Below are positions 26,580 to 38,319 of a stretch of 64,000 nt of DNA, in pieces. The stretch is taken from assembly GCF_020745735.1 (NCBI RefSeq), contig NC_083449.1, forward strand, positions 7,662,923 through 7,726,922. The letters run 5' to 3'. The position numbers and the translations under genes were made by a program. The notes under the pieces were generated by a model. That model had not been told where the DNA came from. It searched no databases and saw only the letters and a list, made by a program, of their open reading frames with translations. The stretch's first letter is position 1. Every line of letters starts with the position of its first letter. Source of the stretch: Hemiscyllium ocellatum. Lineage: Eukaryota.

Positions 26580-29500
26580 ATAGAGACATAAAGCCTTTGA
26601 TCCAACTAATGCACACTGACCAGATACCCTAAACTAATCAAATCTTATTTGCTAGCATGGAGTCATAGAAACAGACTATATATGGATATATAACATAGAA
26701 ACAGACCCTTCAGTCCAACCTGTCCATGCCGACCAGATATCCCACCCCAATCCTAGTCCTACCTGCCAGCACCTGGCCCATATCCCTCCAAAACCTTCCT
26801 ATTCATATACCCATTCAAATACCTTTTAAGAGTTGCAATTGTACAAGCCTCCACCACTTCCTCTGGCAGCTCATTACATACCCGCACCACCCTCTGTGAG
26901 AAAAAGTTGCCCCTTAAGTCTCTTTTATATCTTTTCCTCCTCACCTTAAACCTAAGCCCTCTAGTTCTGGACTCACCGATCCCAGCAAAAAGACTTTGCC
27001 TATTTACCCTACCCATGCCCCTCATAATTTTGTAAACCTTTATAAGGTCACCCCTCAGCCTCTGACACTCCAAGGAAAACAGCCCCAGGCTGCTCATCCT
27101 CTCCCTATAGCTCAAATTTTCCAACCCTGCCATCATTCTTGTAAACCTTTTCTGAACCCTTTCAGGTTTCACAATATCTTTCCAATAGGAAGGAGACCAG
27201 AATTGCATTCAATATTCCAACAGTGGCCTAACCAATGTCCTGTACAGCCGCAACATGATCTCCCAACTCCTGTACTCAATACTCTGAACAATTAAAGAAA
27301 GCAGACCAAACACCTTCTTCACTATCCTATCTACCTGTGACTCCACTTTCAAGGATCTATAAACCTGCACTCCAAGGTCTCTTTGTTCAGCAACACTCCC
27401 TAGGATCTTAACATTAATTGTATAAGTCCTGCTAAGACTTGCTTTCCCAAAATGCAGCACTTCGCATTTATCTGAATTAAACTCCAACTGCCACTTCTCA
27501 GTCCATTGGCCCATCTGGTCAAGATCCTGTTGTAGTCTGAGGTAACCATCTTCACTGTCCACTACACCTCCAAGTTTGGTGTCATCTGCAAACTTACTAA
27601 CTGTACCTCTTATGCTCGTATCTAAATCATTTATGTAAATGGCAAGAAGTCAAGGACCCAGCACCGATCCTTGTGGCACTCCACTGGTCACAGGTCTCCA
27701 GTCTGAAAAACAACTCTCCCCCACCACCCTCTGTCTTCCATCTTTGAGCCAGTTCTGTATCCAAATGGCTAGTTCTCCCTGTATTCCATGAGATCTAACC
27801 TTGCTAATCAGTCTCCCATGTGGAACCTTGTCGAATTCCTAACTGAAGTCCATATAGATCGCATCTACTGCTCTGCCCATCAATCCTCTTTGTTACTTCT
27901 TCAAAAAGCTCAATCAAGTTTGTGAGACATGATTTCCCACACACAAAGTCATGTTGACTGTCCCAAATCAGTCCTTGTCTTTCCAAATACATATACATCC
28001 AATCCCTCAGGATTCCCTCCAACAACTTGCCCACCACCAACATCCAGCTCACTGGTCTATAGTTCCCTGGCTTGTCCTTACCACCCTTCTTAAACAGTCG
28101 CACCACGTTTGCCAACCTCCAGTCGTCCGGCACCTCACCTGTGACTATCGATCATACATATATCTCAGCAAGAGGCCCAGCAATCTCTTCTCTAGCTTGA
28201 CATAGAGTTCTCAGGTACACCTGATCAGGTTGTGGGGATTTATCCACCTTTACGTTTCAAAACATCCAGCACTTCCTCCTCTGTAATCCGGACATTTTGC
28301 AAGAAGTCACCATCTATTTCCCTACAGTCTATCTTCCATATCCTTTTCCACAGTAAATACTGATGCAAAATACTCATCTAGTATCTCCCCCATTTTCTGT
28401 GCCTCCACACAAAGGTCACCTTGCTGATTTTTGATTCTTTCCCTAGTTACCCTTTTATCCTTAATGTATTTGTGAAAACCCTTTGGATTCTCCTTAATTC
28501 TATTTGCCAAAGGTATCTCACATCCACCTTTTGACCTCTTGATTTCCCTCTTGCTATTCTAAGGATTCACTCAATTTATCCTGTCTATACCTGATATATG
28601 CTTCCTTCTTTTTCTCAACCAAACCCTCAATTTCTTTAGTCATTCAGAATTCCCTATATCTACCAGCCTTTCCTTTCACCCTAACAGGAATATACCTTCT
28701 CTGGATTCTAAATTTTGGCACATAACCCTTTAAATCCTTTCTGTTCATTTACCCATTCAGGCTCCTTTGAAATGTTGTAATTGTTCCCAGCTTCCTCTGG
28801 ACGCTCATTCCATATGCACATCACCCGCTGCATGAAAAGGTTGTTCCTCAGGTTATTTTTTAAATCTTTGCCCTCTCACCTTAAACCTATGCCCTCTATG
28901 CTCCCTCACCCAAGGAAAAAGACCTCGGTTTTTCATCCTATCGATGTCTCTCATGATTTTATATGCAGCTGTAAAAATCACCCCTCAGCTTCCAATGCTC
29001 CAGGGGAAAAAGCCTCAGTCTATTCAGCCTCTTTTGATTTTTTTTTAGATTACTTACAATGTGGAAACAGGCCCTTTGGCCCAACAAGTCCACACCAACC
29101 CATCGAAGCGCAACCCACCCATACCCCTACATTTACCCCTTACTTAACACTACGGGCAATTTAGCATGGCCAATTCACCTAACCTGCACATCTTTGGACT
29201 GCGGGAGGAATCCGGAGCACCTGGAGGAAACTCACGCAGACACGGGGAGAACATGCAACCTCCACACAGTCAGTCGCCTGAGGTGGGAATTGAACCCGGG
29301 TCTCTGACGCTGTGAGAGACCCTCTAATCCCAGTAACATCTCTGTCAATTTTTTTGCACCCTCGTAAGATTAGCAACATCTTTCCTATGGCAACGTGACC
29401 CGAATTGTACGCAGTCCTCTAAAAGTCCCCTAATCAATGTCCTATGCAGCCCTAACATGATGTCCCAGCTCCTAAACTCAGTGTGCTTACCAAAGGAGAC

Positions 29501-29635
29501 AAGCATGCCAAACACTTTTTTTTACAACCTTTTCTAACCGCCACTCCACTTTTAAGCAGCTGTTCATATGCACCTGGTGGTCTTATATAGTTAATGGTAG
29601 GATCATGTGGAGTGTTGCCAAACAATAAGTCCTGC
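26580..29635 (-). mobile_element. Stacked CR1/HER1 LINE fragments (RT domain) with nested HE1 at 29043-29316
   Basis: ORF track RT peptides (NYRPVS, SCLTNLIE, WQLEFNSDKCEVLHFG); flanked by 49-bp array remnants at 26415-26580 and 29640-29790. Confidence 0.9.
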
Positions 29636-30539
29636 CCTGTTTTCAGCTATGAGGATGTATATGTAACTACATTCGCTCTCTGTCAGCTTCTGCAATGTGA
29701 ATTTGTGGGAGCAGCTGAGTCAGTTTCTGCTGTGTGACTGTGAGAGTGAAGTTCTCAATCCGTAATAATCAGTTTCTACTTTTGCATACCAATTTGGCTT
29801 AATTCCCTGGCAGCCACTAATACTTTCTGTGACTGTGATTTACTCCATTGGAAAAGTTATGAGGATGTTGAAGTGGGGTTTTTATCTTAACCTCTAAGCA
29901 TTTTGTGAATTCTGAGCTTTTGCTTAGTCTGTGGGTTAAGGAAGAGAGCAGACGGGTATATAGTTCAGAATCACAACAATTACTGAAATCTTGTGTGCAG
30001 AACAGTAAAATGATAGAATGGGATAATGGCCTGCGTTTGTGCTGTACCAATTCTGTGATTCAGATGAATAAAAGACAATCACATCCTATTGCACAGAGTA
30101 TCAGTATAAAACTATCATGTAGCAATGAACAGATCAACTTATTTTTTTAAAAAAGCTGGTCCTGTCAAACAGTGTAGGATGTTTCCTTGCTTAGGGTTCT
30201 GTGTTATCACTGAGACATTTGGTTTCGACTTGAACGTAGACATTGTTGAAGTTTCTTTTGTTTGAAAGTGAGGTTTATTCTGCATTTGTCTATTCATCCT
30301 GCATTTTTTTTAATTGTTGCACATTATTTAATTATTGTGTCTTCAGTCCCGTTTCCCCTTGCTGTGGAGCATTCAGCTGTTCTATTTCTTGAAGTTACAC
30401 TTTAACATTTGATCAGTCCGGAGCCACTATTCACGGTGGGATATGAACAATGAAACTTACCCCAGGCAAACGAGAAAGAAACGTGCCCCCGTCTTTGTGT
30501 ACGAGGAGAAGATGCATCTCACGATTGATGGTCTATGTT

Positions 30540-31350
30540 TTTAGTTCTATGCCTGGTCGACTCGAACCTGGCTCTCTGGCGCTGTTTTGTCAGATTTCAG
30601 ATTGCAATAAATGAGGCTTTCTGCTGTCGGTGAGAGATTTTCGAAATGAAGCGAGATCAAACCAGAGCAGCTGCAAGACTGGGATAACAAATGTGGAGTT
30701 TTTGCTGATGTCAGACCTAGTGCCAAAGGGCTGGGCGACAATCTTTAATCTTGTTTAAAGACGATTAATATGCTCACACGGGAGAACGTTCTGTAATGTT
30801 TAATCAACATACCGGATTGTTTTTGAAATGTGAAATGAAGAGATTAATTGCATATTGCAGTTCTTGGCGCTTCTTTTGTGTTTCTGCCAGTTCTTCAGGT
30901 CCAGAAAAGAAACAAAAATGTAGAAAGAGATAGATGCGGTTAGGTAAATGGATGAGCGAGAGAGATTGTCTGAAGAATGATTTGGAGATGCCGGCCTTGG
31001 GCTGGGGTGTACAAAGTTAAAAATCACACAACACCACATTAAAGTCCAACAGCTTTAATTGGAAGCACACTCGCTTTCAGAGACATCCATCTGATGAAGG
31101 AGCGGCGCTCCGAAAGCGAGTGTGCTTCCAATTAAACCTGTTGGACTATAACCTGGTGTTGTGTGATTTTTAACTTTGTCTGAAGTACATATTTGTAACA
31201 GAATTAACAAGTATTGATGGATTCTCCTCTGAACAACGTCCTCTTTTTCGATGTAAAACATACTCCGTTGTTTGTAAATCGGCGGGCTTTTCATATGGGA
31301 GAGAAAATTGTTGATGATTTGACGCTGGCTTCGAGAGAAGGGAACGTGCC
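30540..31350 (+). promoter_or_regulatory. Inverted orphan copy of the H2B-H2A spacer and H2A distal promoter
   Basis: Reverse-complement homology to 6540-7200 (cagcaaaagctccac, ctctcaccgacagcag, aaatcatcaac, gaaaagcccgcc-atttacaaacaa). Confidence 0.7.
30980..31180. mobile_element. Penelope-derived palindromic element
   Basis: Long inverted repeat acaaagttaaaaatcacacaacacca / tggtgttgtgtgatttttaactttgt; related copies at 39425-39590 and 62845-63020. Confidence 0.8.
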
Positions 31351-31454
31351 CTTTCTCCTCCCTGTCTCTTGGGAGTACATTAAACACTAGTGAATCTTTT
31401 TTTTCTGTTTGCTGCTATTTGCTCAAGTTACTCTCTAATATTTGATTTTTAGAG

Positions 31455-34192
31455 AGTACAAGCAGGACGGGTTGCACCTGAACCAGAAGGGCACCAATAT
31501 CCTGGGAGGTAGGTTTGCCAGCACTCTTCGGGGGATGGGTTTAAACTAATTTGGCGGGGGATGGGATCCGGACTTGTAGTCCAGCAAGTAGGTTAGCTGT
31601 TTTTCAGGATGTTCAAGAATGCAGGGAGGCTGTGGAGAAGGTAGCACTGACAAGGAATACTTGCGGACACAGAAATGGGCTCAAGTGTACATACTTCAAC
31701 GCAAGGAGTATCAGAAATAAGGTGGGTGAACTTAAGGTATGGATCGGTACTTGGGACTACGATGTTGTGGCCATCACGGAAACGTGGATAGAAGAGGGAC
31801 AAGAATGGTTGTTGGAGGTTCCTGGTTACAGATGTTTCAGTAAGATTGGGGGAGGGGGGGTTGGTGTTGCTAATTAGAAATGGTACAACGGCTGCAGAAA
31901 GGCAGTTCGAGGGGGATCTGCCTTTGGAAGTAGTATGGGCTGAAGTCCATAGGAAAGGAGCAGTCACCTTGTTGGGTGTTTACTATAGGCCCCCCAATAG
32001 CAGCAGAGATGTGGAGAAACAGATTGGAAAACAGATTTTGGAAAGGTGCAGAAGCCACAGGGTAGTAGACATGGGCGATTTCAATTTCCCAAATATTGAT
32101 TGGAAGCTCTTTAGATCAAGTATTTTGGACGGGCGGTGTTTGTGCAGTGTGTCCAGGAAGCTTATCTAACTCAGTATGTAGATTGTCCGACCAGAGGGGA
32201 GACCATATTGGATTTGGTACTTAGTAACGAACAAGTGATGGGCTTGTTAGTGGGTGAGCATTTTGGTGATAGTGACCACAATTCTGTGACTTTCACCTTG
32301 GCTCTGGAGAGAGATAGGTGTGTGCAATAGGGCACGTTTTACAATTGGGGGAAGGGTAAATACGATGCTGCAAGACAGGATCTGAGGAGCATAAGTTGGA
32401 AGCATAGGCTGTCAGGGAAGGATGTCGTTGAAATGTGGAACATTTTCAAGGAACAGATACGACGTGTCCTTGATGTATATGTACCTGTCAGGCAGGAAAG
32501 AGATGGTCATGTGAGGGAACCTTGGTTGACGAGGGAGGTTGAATGTCTTGTAAGGACGAAGAAAGAGGCTTACATAAGGTTGAGGAAACAAGGTTCAGAC
32601 AAAGCATTGGAGGGATACAGGATAGCCAGGAGGGAGCTGAAGAAAGGGATTAGGAAAGCTAAGAGAGGGCATGAAAAATCTTTGGCGGATAGGATCAAGG
32701 ATAACCCTAAGGCTAATGTGTATGTGTGAAACATGAGAATGACGAGAACGTGGGTAGGTCCGATCAAGCACAGTAGTGGGAGACTGTGTGTTGAGTTGGA
32801 AGAGATAGGAGAGGTCTTGAATGAGTACTTTTCTTCAGTATTTACAAATGAAAGGGATCATATTGTTGAAGAGGAGAGTATGAAACGGACTGGTGAGCTA
32901 GAGGAGATACTTGTTAGGAAGGAAGATGCGTTGGGCATTTTGAAAAACTTGAGGATAGACAAGTCCCCCAGGCCTGGTGGGATATATCCTAGGATTATGT
33001 GGGAAACAAGAGAGGAAATTGCAGAACTGTTGGCAATGATCTTTTCGTCTTCACTGTCAATGGGGGTGGTGCCAGGGGACTGGAGAGTGGTGAATGTTGT
33101 GCCCCTGTTCAAAAAAAGGGATTAGGGATAACCCCGGGAATTACAGGCCAATTAGTCTTACTTCGGTGGTAGGCAAAGTAATGGAAAGGGTACTGAGGGA
33201 TAGGATTTATGAGTATCTGGAAAGACACTGCTTGATTAGGGACAACCAACACGGATTTGTGAGGGGTAGGTATTGCCTTACAAGTCTTATTGAATTATTT
33301 GAGGAGGTGACCAAGCATGTGGATGAGGGTAGAGCAGTGGATGTAGTGTACATGGATTTTAGTAAGGCATTTGATAAGGTTCCCCATGGTAGGCTTATGC
33401 GGAAAGTCAGGAGGTATGGGATAGTGGGAAGTTTGGCCAGTTGGATAGAGAACTGGCTAACTGGTCGAAGTCAGAGAGTGGTGGTAGATGGTAAATATTC
33501 AGCCTGGAGCCCAGTTACAAGTGGAGCTCCGCAGGGATCGGTTCTGGGTCCTCTGTTTTTGTAATTTTTATCAATGACTTGGAAGAGAGAGTCGAAGGGT
33601 GTGTCAGTAAATTTGCAGACAATACGAAGATTGGTGGAGTTATGGAAAGTGAAGAGGGCTGTTGTCGGCTGCAAAGGGCCTTTGATGTGATGCAGAGCTG
33701 GGGTGAGGAGTGGCAGATGGAATTCAACCCTGTCAAATGTGAGGTTGTCCATTTTGGAAGGACAAATAAGTATGCAGAATACATGGTTAACAGTAGGGTT
33801 CTTAGTAAGGTGGAGGAGCAGAGGGATCTAGGGGTCTATGTTCATTGGAATGGTGAAAGATGAGGGGTGACTTGATAGAGGTCTATAAGATGATCAGGGG
33901 AATAGATAGAGTAGACAGAGATTTTTCCCACGGTTACAACAAACTGTTACAAGGGGACATAAATTTAAGGTGAAGGGTGGAAGGTATAGGGAGGATATCA
34001 GAGGTAGGTTTTTTACCCAGAGAGTGGTGGGGGCATGGAATGCGCTGCCTGTAGTAGTGGCAGAATCGGAATCAGGTGATCTTTAAGCGGCAATTGGATG
34101 GGTACATGGATAGGTGCTTAAGCTAGGACATATGTTCGGCACAACATCGTGGGCCGAAGGGCCTGTTCTGTGCTGTATTGTTCTATGTTCTA
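31455..34192 (+). mobile_element. Near-complete CR1 ORF2 (APE endonuclease and RT), inactivated
   Basis: YFNARSIRNK, VAITETW, MGDFNFP, SDHN, NYRPISLT, PQGSVLGP, KFADNTK; stops and frameshifts; ttctatg tail. Confidence 0.95.
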
Positions 34193-35049
34193 TTCCAGGA
34201 GCTACAAGCCCCGGTTGGGATGTGAGCCCTGATTGTCAACCCCGGAAAACAAATCCACGGATAGATACATTACACACTGATTTTTCAATTTCGAAAACTC
34301 CACGCGGGTTCTGTTGGGTGGTAATGATGATTGAATGATGTAAATGAGATTTTCTGCTGTCAGCTGGAAGCTTTGAAAATGACCCAAGATCAAATCAGAT
34401 TAGTTGCCGGACTGTAATAGTTAATGTGGGCCTTTTGCAATAAGGGAACACGATATTAAAATAATATCTAAGAGCGGTGTTCGTTATCAAAGCGCTCATG
34501 GCAAAGAACGTTCATGAAATCCTGACAGGGCTGAATGAGGGCATTCGGTCCATTGAGTCTGAGCCTACCCTTCGAAGAGAATCTCGAATCGTTTAAATAG
34601 GACTCAGTACCTAAAGAAAGATTATGTGAATTGGACTTTTATAGTCGTTAATTTGCTTTTCGATTAAGTACGAATGTGTCGTGTTCTGTAAAACGGCCAT
34701 CTCTGATCTATATCACGGCGAGATTTTCAAATGTGAAAGAAAACCGTTGATGATTTGGCGCCATTTTTTCCCGCCCTGCTTTCTTAGAAATAGTTACAGC
34801 TGGTAGGAACACCAAGGGAGACAATGAGGGGAGAGATTTCATTTGGAATTAACACTCCCGTACCTAATATATTGTGTAACAATTGCATAACATTCATGGT
34901 CATGTACTAATCACCGTCGCTGAAAGCCGTGTGTCTTGCGACTAACTCGGCTGGATTCAAAATATATATAACAACAGAATTGATTCAGTGCAGCGAGAAC
35001 AAATTACTGTCATGCTATCAGGTTTCCAACTCTCTCTGGATGGTTTAGT

Positions 35050-35065
35050 GGCTCTAAAAAGAGCC
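35050..35065 (-). terminator. Histone stem-loop of H3 (loop UUUU)
   Basis: GGCTCTTTTTAGAGCC; HDE CAGAGAGAGTTGG. Confidence 0.93.
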
Positions 35066-35115
35066 GTTGTGTTTCTCTCTCTCGGGGTGAATGTGCAGGG
35101 CCGGCCAGGCTCCGT

Positions 35116-35559
<444 letters not shown>

Positions 35560-35587
35560 TCAATGCTGAAACTGCTGCGGTGCTGCC

Positions 35588-35760
35588 TGTTTAAGGGAAT
35601 GGAGAGCCCGCCCTAGAGCTGGGATTGGATACAGCCCTGTCCCTCAGCCCAAAGAGAAACAGCTCCGGAAGGGACAGGAAAGGCAGGAAAAGAATTGTTA
35701 GAGGCTGATTGGATAACGTGAAATGACAGTTGGTCAGTTTGAAAATGCCCGCCGAATTTC
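35588..35760 (-). promoter_or_regulatory. H3 promoter: TATA variant (CTTAAA), GC box, two CCAAT, GGCGGG-TTTTCAAA
   Basis: gattgg at 35623 and 35707; cccgccc 35607; tttgaaaatgcccgcc 35738. Confidence 0.65.
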
Positions 35761-36466
35761 ACAAACACTGAAATTAAATTAAACATCCAAACGCAAAACA
35801 CCATCCGTCTAAGATAAAATGTAATATTTTATAGTAATTCTTTTAAACCTAGTTAGCAGTCAGCGCGGACAGGAGGCGGGATCATTGCCTGATCTGTCTG
35901 TAACAGGCGGGAGGAAAGGCGGGGTTTAAAATAGCCCAGACAAACTGAACAACCGAACTTGTACCGGCTTTGAATCAATCTAAACAACCCCGCCAATTTA
36001 AACATCTTAAAAGCTAATATAGTGGACACGACAAAAGGACAGAATCTCACTTTATTTTTTTTATTAGCCCCAGATTGTAATTCGCCCGAAGACAATGTGG
36101 AATTGCTGCCTGAACTGTCTGTAACAGGCAGATGGAAGGAACACGCCATGAAAACATGCGCAGCGTCCCAGAATCAAAACTGAACAAAGTAACATTCCTG
36201 AACGGGTCAGTGAAATACAAACACTACAATATGCCACATTCGTGACTCGGTAGAGTTATAAATCGCGAAGTGAAATAACCAGATGGAGATCAATAAACCT
36301 TCCCTATGTGATACCTTCCCCATTCACAGGTCTCCACTTTCGTAAAGCATAGCACGAGTGTGTATTTGAGCGATTCAGATTAATTAATATCCAAGGTAAG
36401 TCTGCGCTCGGCGCCGGGACGGGGATCATCGGATCCGGGCTCAGCTTTTTCCTGAGAGATGTGGGT

Positions 36467-36482
36467 GGCTCTGATAAGAGCC
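36467..36482 (-). terminator. Histone stem-loop of H1 (loop UAUC)
   Basis: GGCTCTTATCAGAGCC followed by ACCCA; HDE GGAAAAAGCTG. Confidence 0.92.
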
Positions 36483-36504
36483 TTTGGGTCCGGGTGGTTA
36501 TATA

Positions 36505-37137
36505 TTACACCGACTGTATTGCTGCTGTCTTGGTCACTTTCGCCTTGGGCTTGGCCTTGCTTTGAGCCGGTTTGCTGAGGGGTTTGGGGGCTTTCGGGGC
36601 CTTGATCTTTTTCACCTTCTTCACAAGAGTCCGTTTCTTTGGCGCTGCTTTGCTCACCGTTTTCTTTGGCGGTGCCGTCTTCTTGCCGCTCGCTTTCTCG
36701 GCTGGGGATTTCTTGACTGTCGCTTTCTTGGCCTGGGATTTCTTGGCTGTCGCTTTCTTGGCCGGGGATTTCTTCACGGCCGGTTTCTTGGCGGCCGCTG
36801 ATGTTCCCGCCTTCTTTCCCGCTTTTGCCTTGACTGGATTCTTTGGGAGTTTGAAGGAGCATGACCAGAACAAGGGAGCCGTTCGCCAGGCATCTCCTGA
36901 TACTCATCTTAATCTGTACCTTTCGCTTCTCCACATCGATCCCGCTTCTCTCCAGCGCCTTCTTTATAGCAGACGTCGCTTTGCGATCATTGCTATCCCC
37001 GACAACCCTCAGAATTAGCTCTCCCAACCCGGGACCGGGTGGTTTTTTCTTGGGAGCCGTCGCTTCTTCTTGGGAGCCTTGGCTTTGGTGGGAGCGGAGG
37101 CTGGAGGAGCAGTTTCGGCGGCTGCACTGTCGCTCAT
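36505..37137 (-). pseudogene. H1: Histone H1 pseudogene
   Basis: MSDSAAAETAPPA... then frameshift near 37062; globular domain GLGELIL...IKKAL...GSLV in a second frame; KG-GASG wing deleted near 36860; K/A/P-rich tail with SPAKK in another frame. Confidence 0.88.
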
Positions 37138-37280
37138 GTTGAGAACTCTGCGCTGAATCTCTCTCTGGGTCAGTCTGAACTGGGTCAGCAATGAAGCTGC
37201 TGGCGGCGGCACTGAGCAACTTCAAGGTAGCGAGCGGACGGCGCAGGCACATCCTGCTGTCAGCTCCCTGCTCCTGCTGT

Positions 37281-37290
37281 CTGTGTTTCT
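37281..37290 (-). promoter_or_regulatory. H1 box (AC box) AGAAACACA
   Basis: ~145 bp upstream of the H1 ATG. Confidence 0.7.
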
Positions 37291-37614
37291 CTAACGGTCT
37301 AAACTCTCCGATTCCTCTGAAATTCCGCATCTCCAGAGAGCCTGGCTCGATCGCTCCTCACCCTGACAGGGGAAGCTTTACGGACGAAAAGTTTTCACTC
37401 GGATACACGGCTCCTGATGGCGCTCTCTGAGCTGAGCGGCGACATTCGCTACATTTAGACCGAAACCTTGAAACCACCAAATATATTGCCTTGAATTCTA
37501 CTTTTGAGGTTTAGAAGGGGAGCAGGGGGATAACCTGAATTGAAAATATTTTTGAGTTTCGTAAGAGAGACTTAGAAATATCATAATATTAGCGGACACA
37601 CAAACACAGTTACA

Positions 37615-37950
37615 ATAGACAATAGGTGCAGGAGTAGGCCATTCTGCCCTTCAAGCCTGCATCACCATTCAATATGATCATGGCTGATCATCCTTAATCA
37701 GTATCCTGTTCCTGCCTTATCTCCATAACCCTTGATTCCACTATCCTTGAGAGCTCTATCCAACTCTTTCTTCAATGAATCCCGAGACTGGGCCTCCACC
37801 CTCTGGGGCAGAGCATTCCACACAGCCACCACTCTCTGGGTGAAGAAGTTACTCCTCATCTCTGACCTAAATGGTCTACCCCGTATTTTTAAGCTGGGTC
37901 CTCTGGTTCGGCACTCACCCATCAGCGGAAACATGTTTCCTGCCTCCAGA
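37615..37950 (-). mobile_element. CR1 LINE 3' end (second subfamily)
   Basis: FFTQRVVAVWNALP...GIKGYG. Confidence 0.88.
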
Positions 37951-38319
37951 GTTGGACTAACCGACCGCCCTTTCCCTACAGTCTCTCTGACACAATATTC
38001 ACATTCACACAGTCACACGCCAGAAATATCACCAAATGTAAATGTGGAAGAATAGAATTTGTCCACCTTTCAGCCTTTGCTGCGGTGCTCAGGGACTTAA
38101 TTGTAGTTTTTCTCCTTAGTAACTGTTACACTCTCATCAGCTTTACTGTTTACATCCTCAAAGATGGCCAATCGGTTTCTCAAGCTTAGAGGACAGAACA
38201 GTATGCACTTGTACAGGCCCTTCATGCTGACTCTATCAGATTCTGATTACTGTTCTGTCAAATACTTCACAATTGAAGCTTTCATTTTATTTTTTCCCTG
38301 CAGGCTGACTGGACTATAG

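Noticed and set aside
36380-37330. 316-aa ORF as an intact protein
   Set aside because: Only the middle is H1 globular domain; the rest is out-of-frame H1 and flank running through the stem-loop
37407-37426. CTCF-like site upstream of H1
   Set aside because: Partial match only (CTCCTGATGGCGC); cannot be scored by eye
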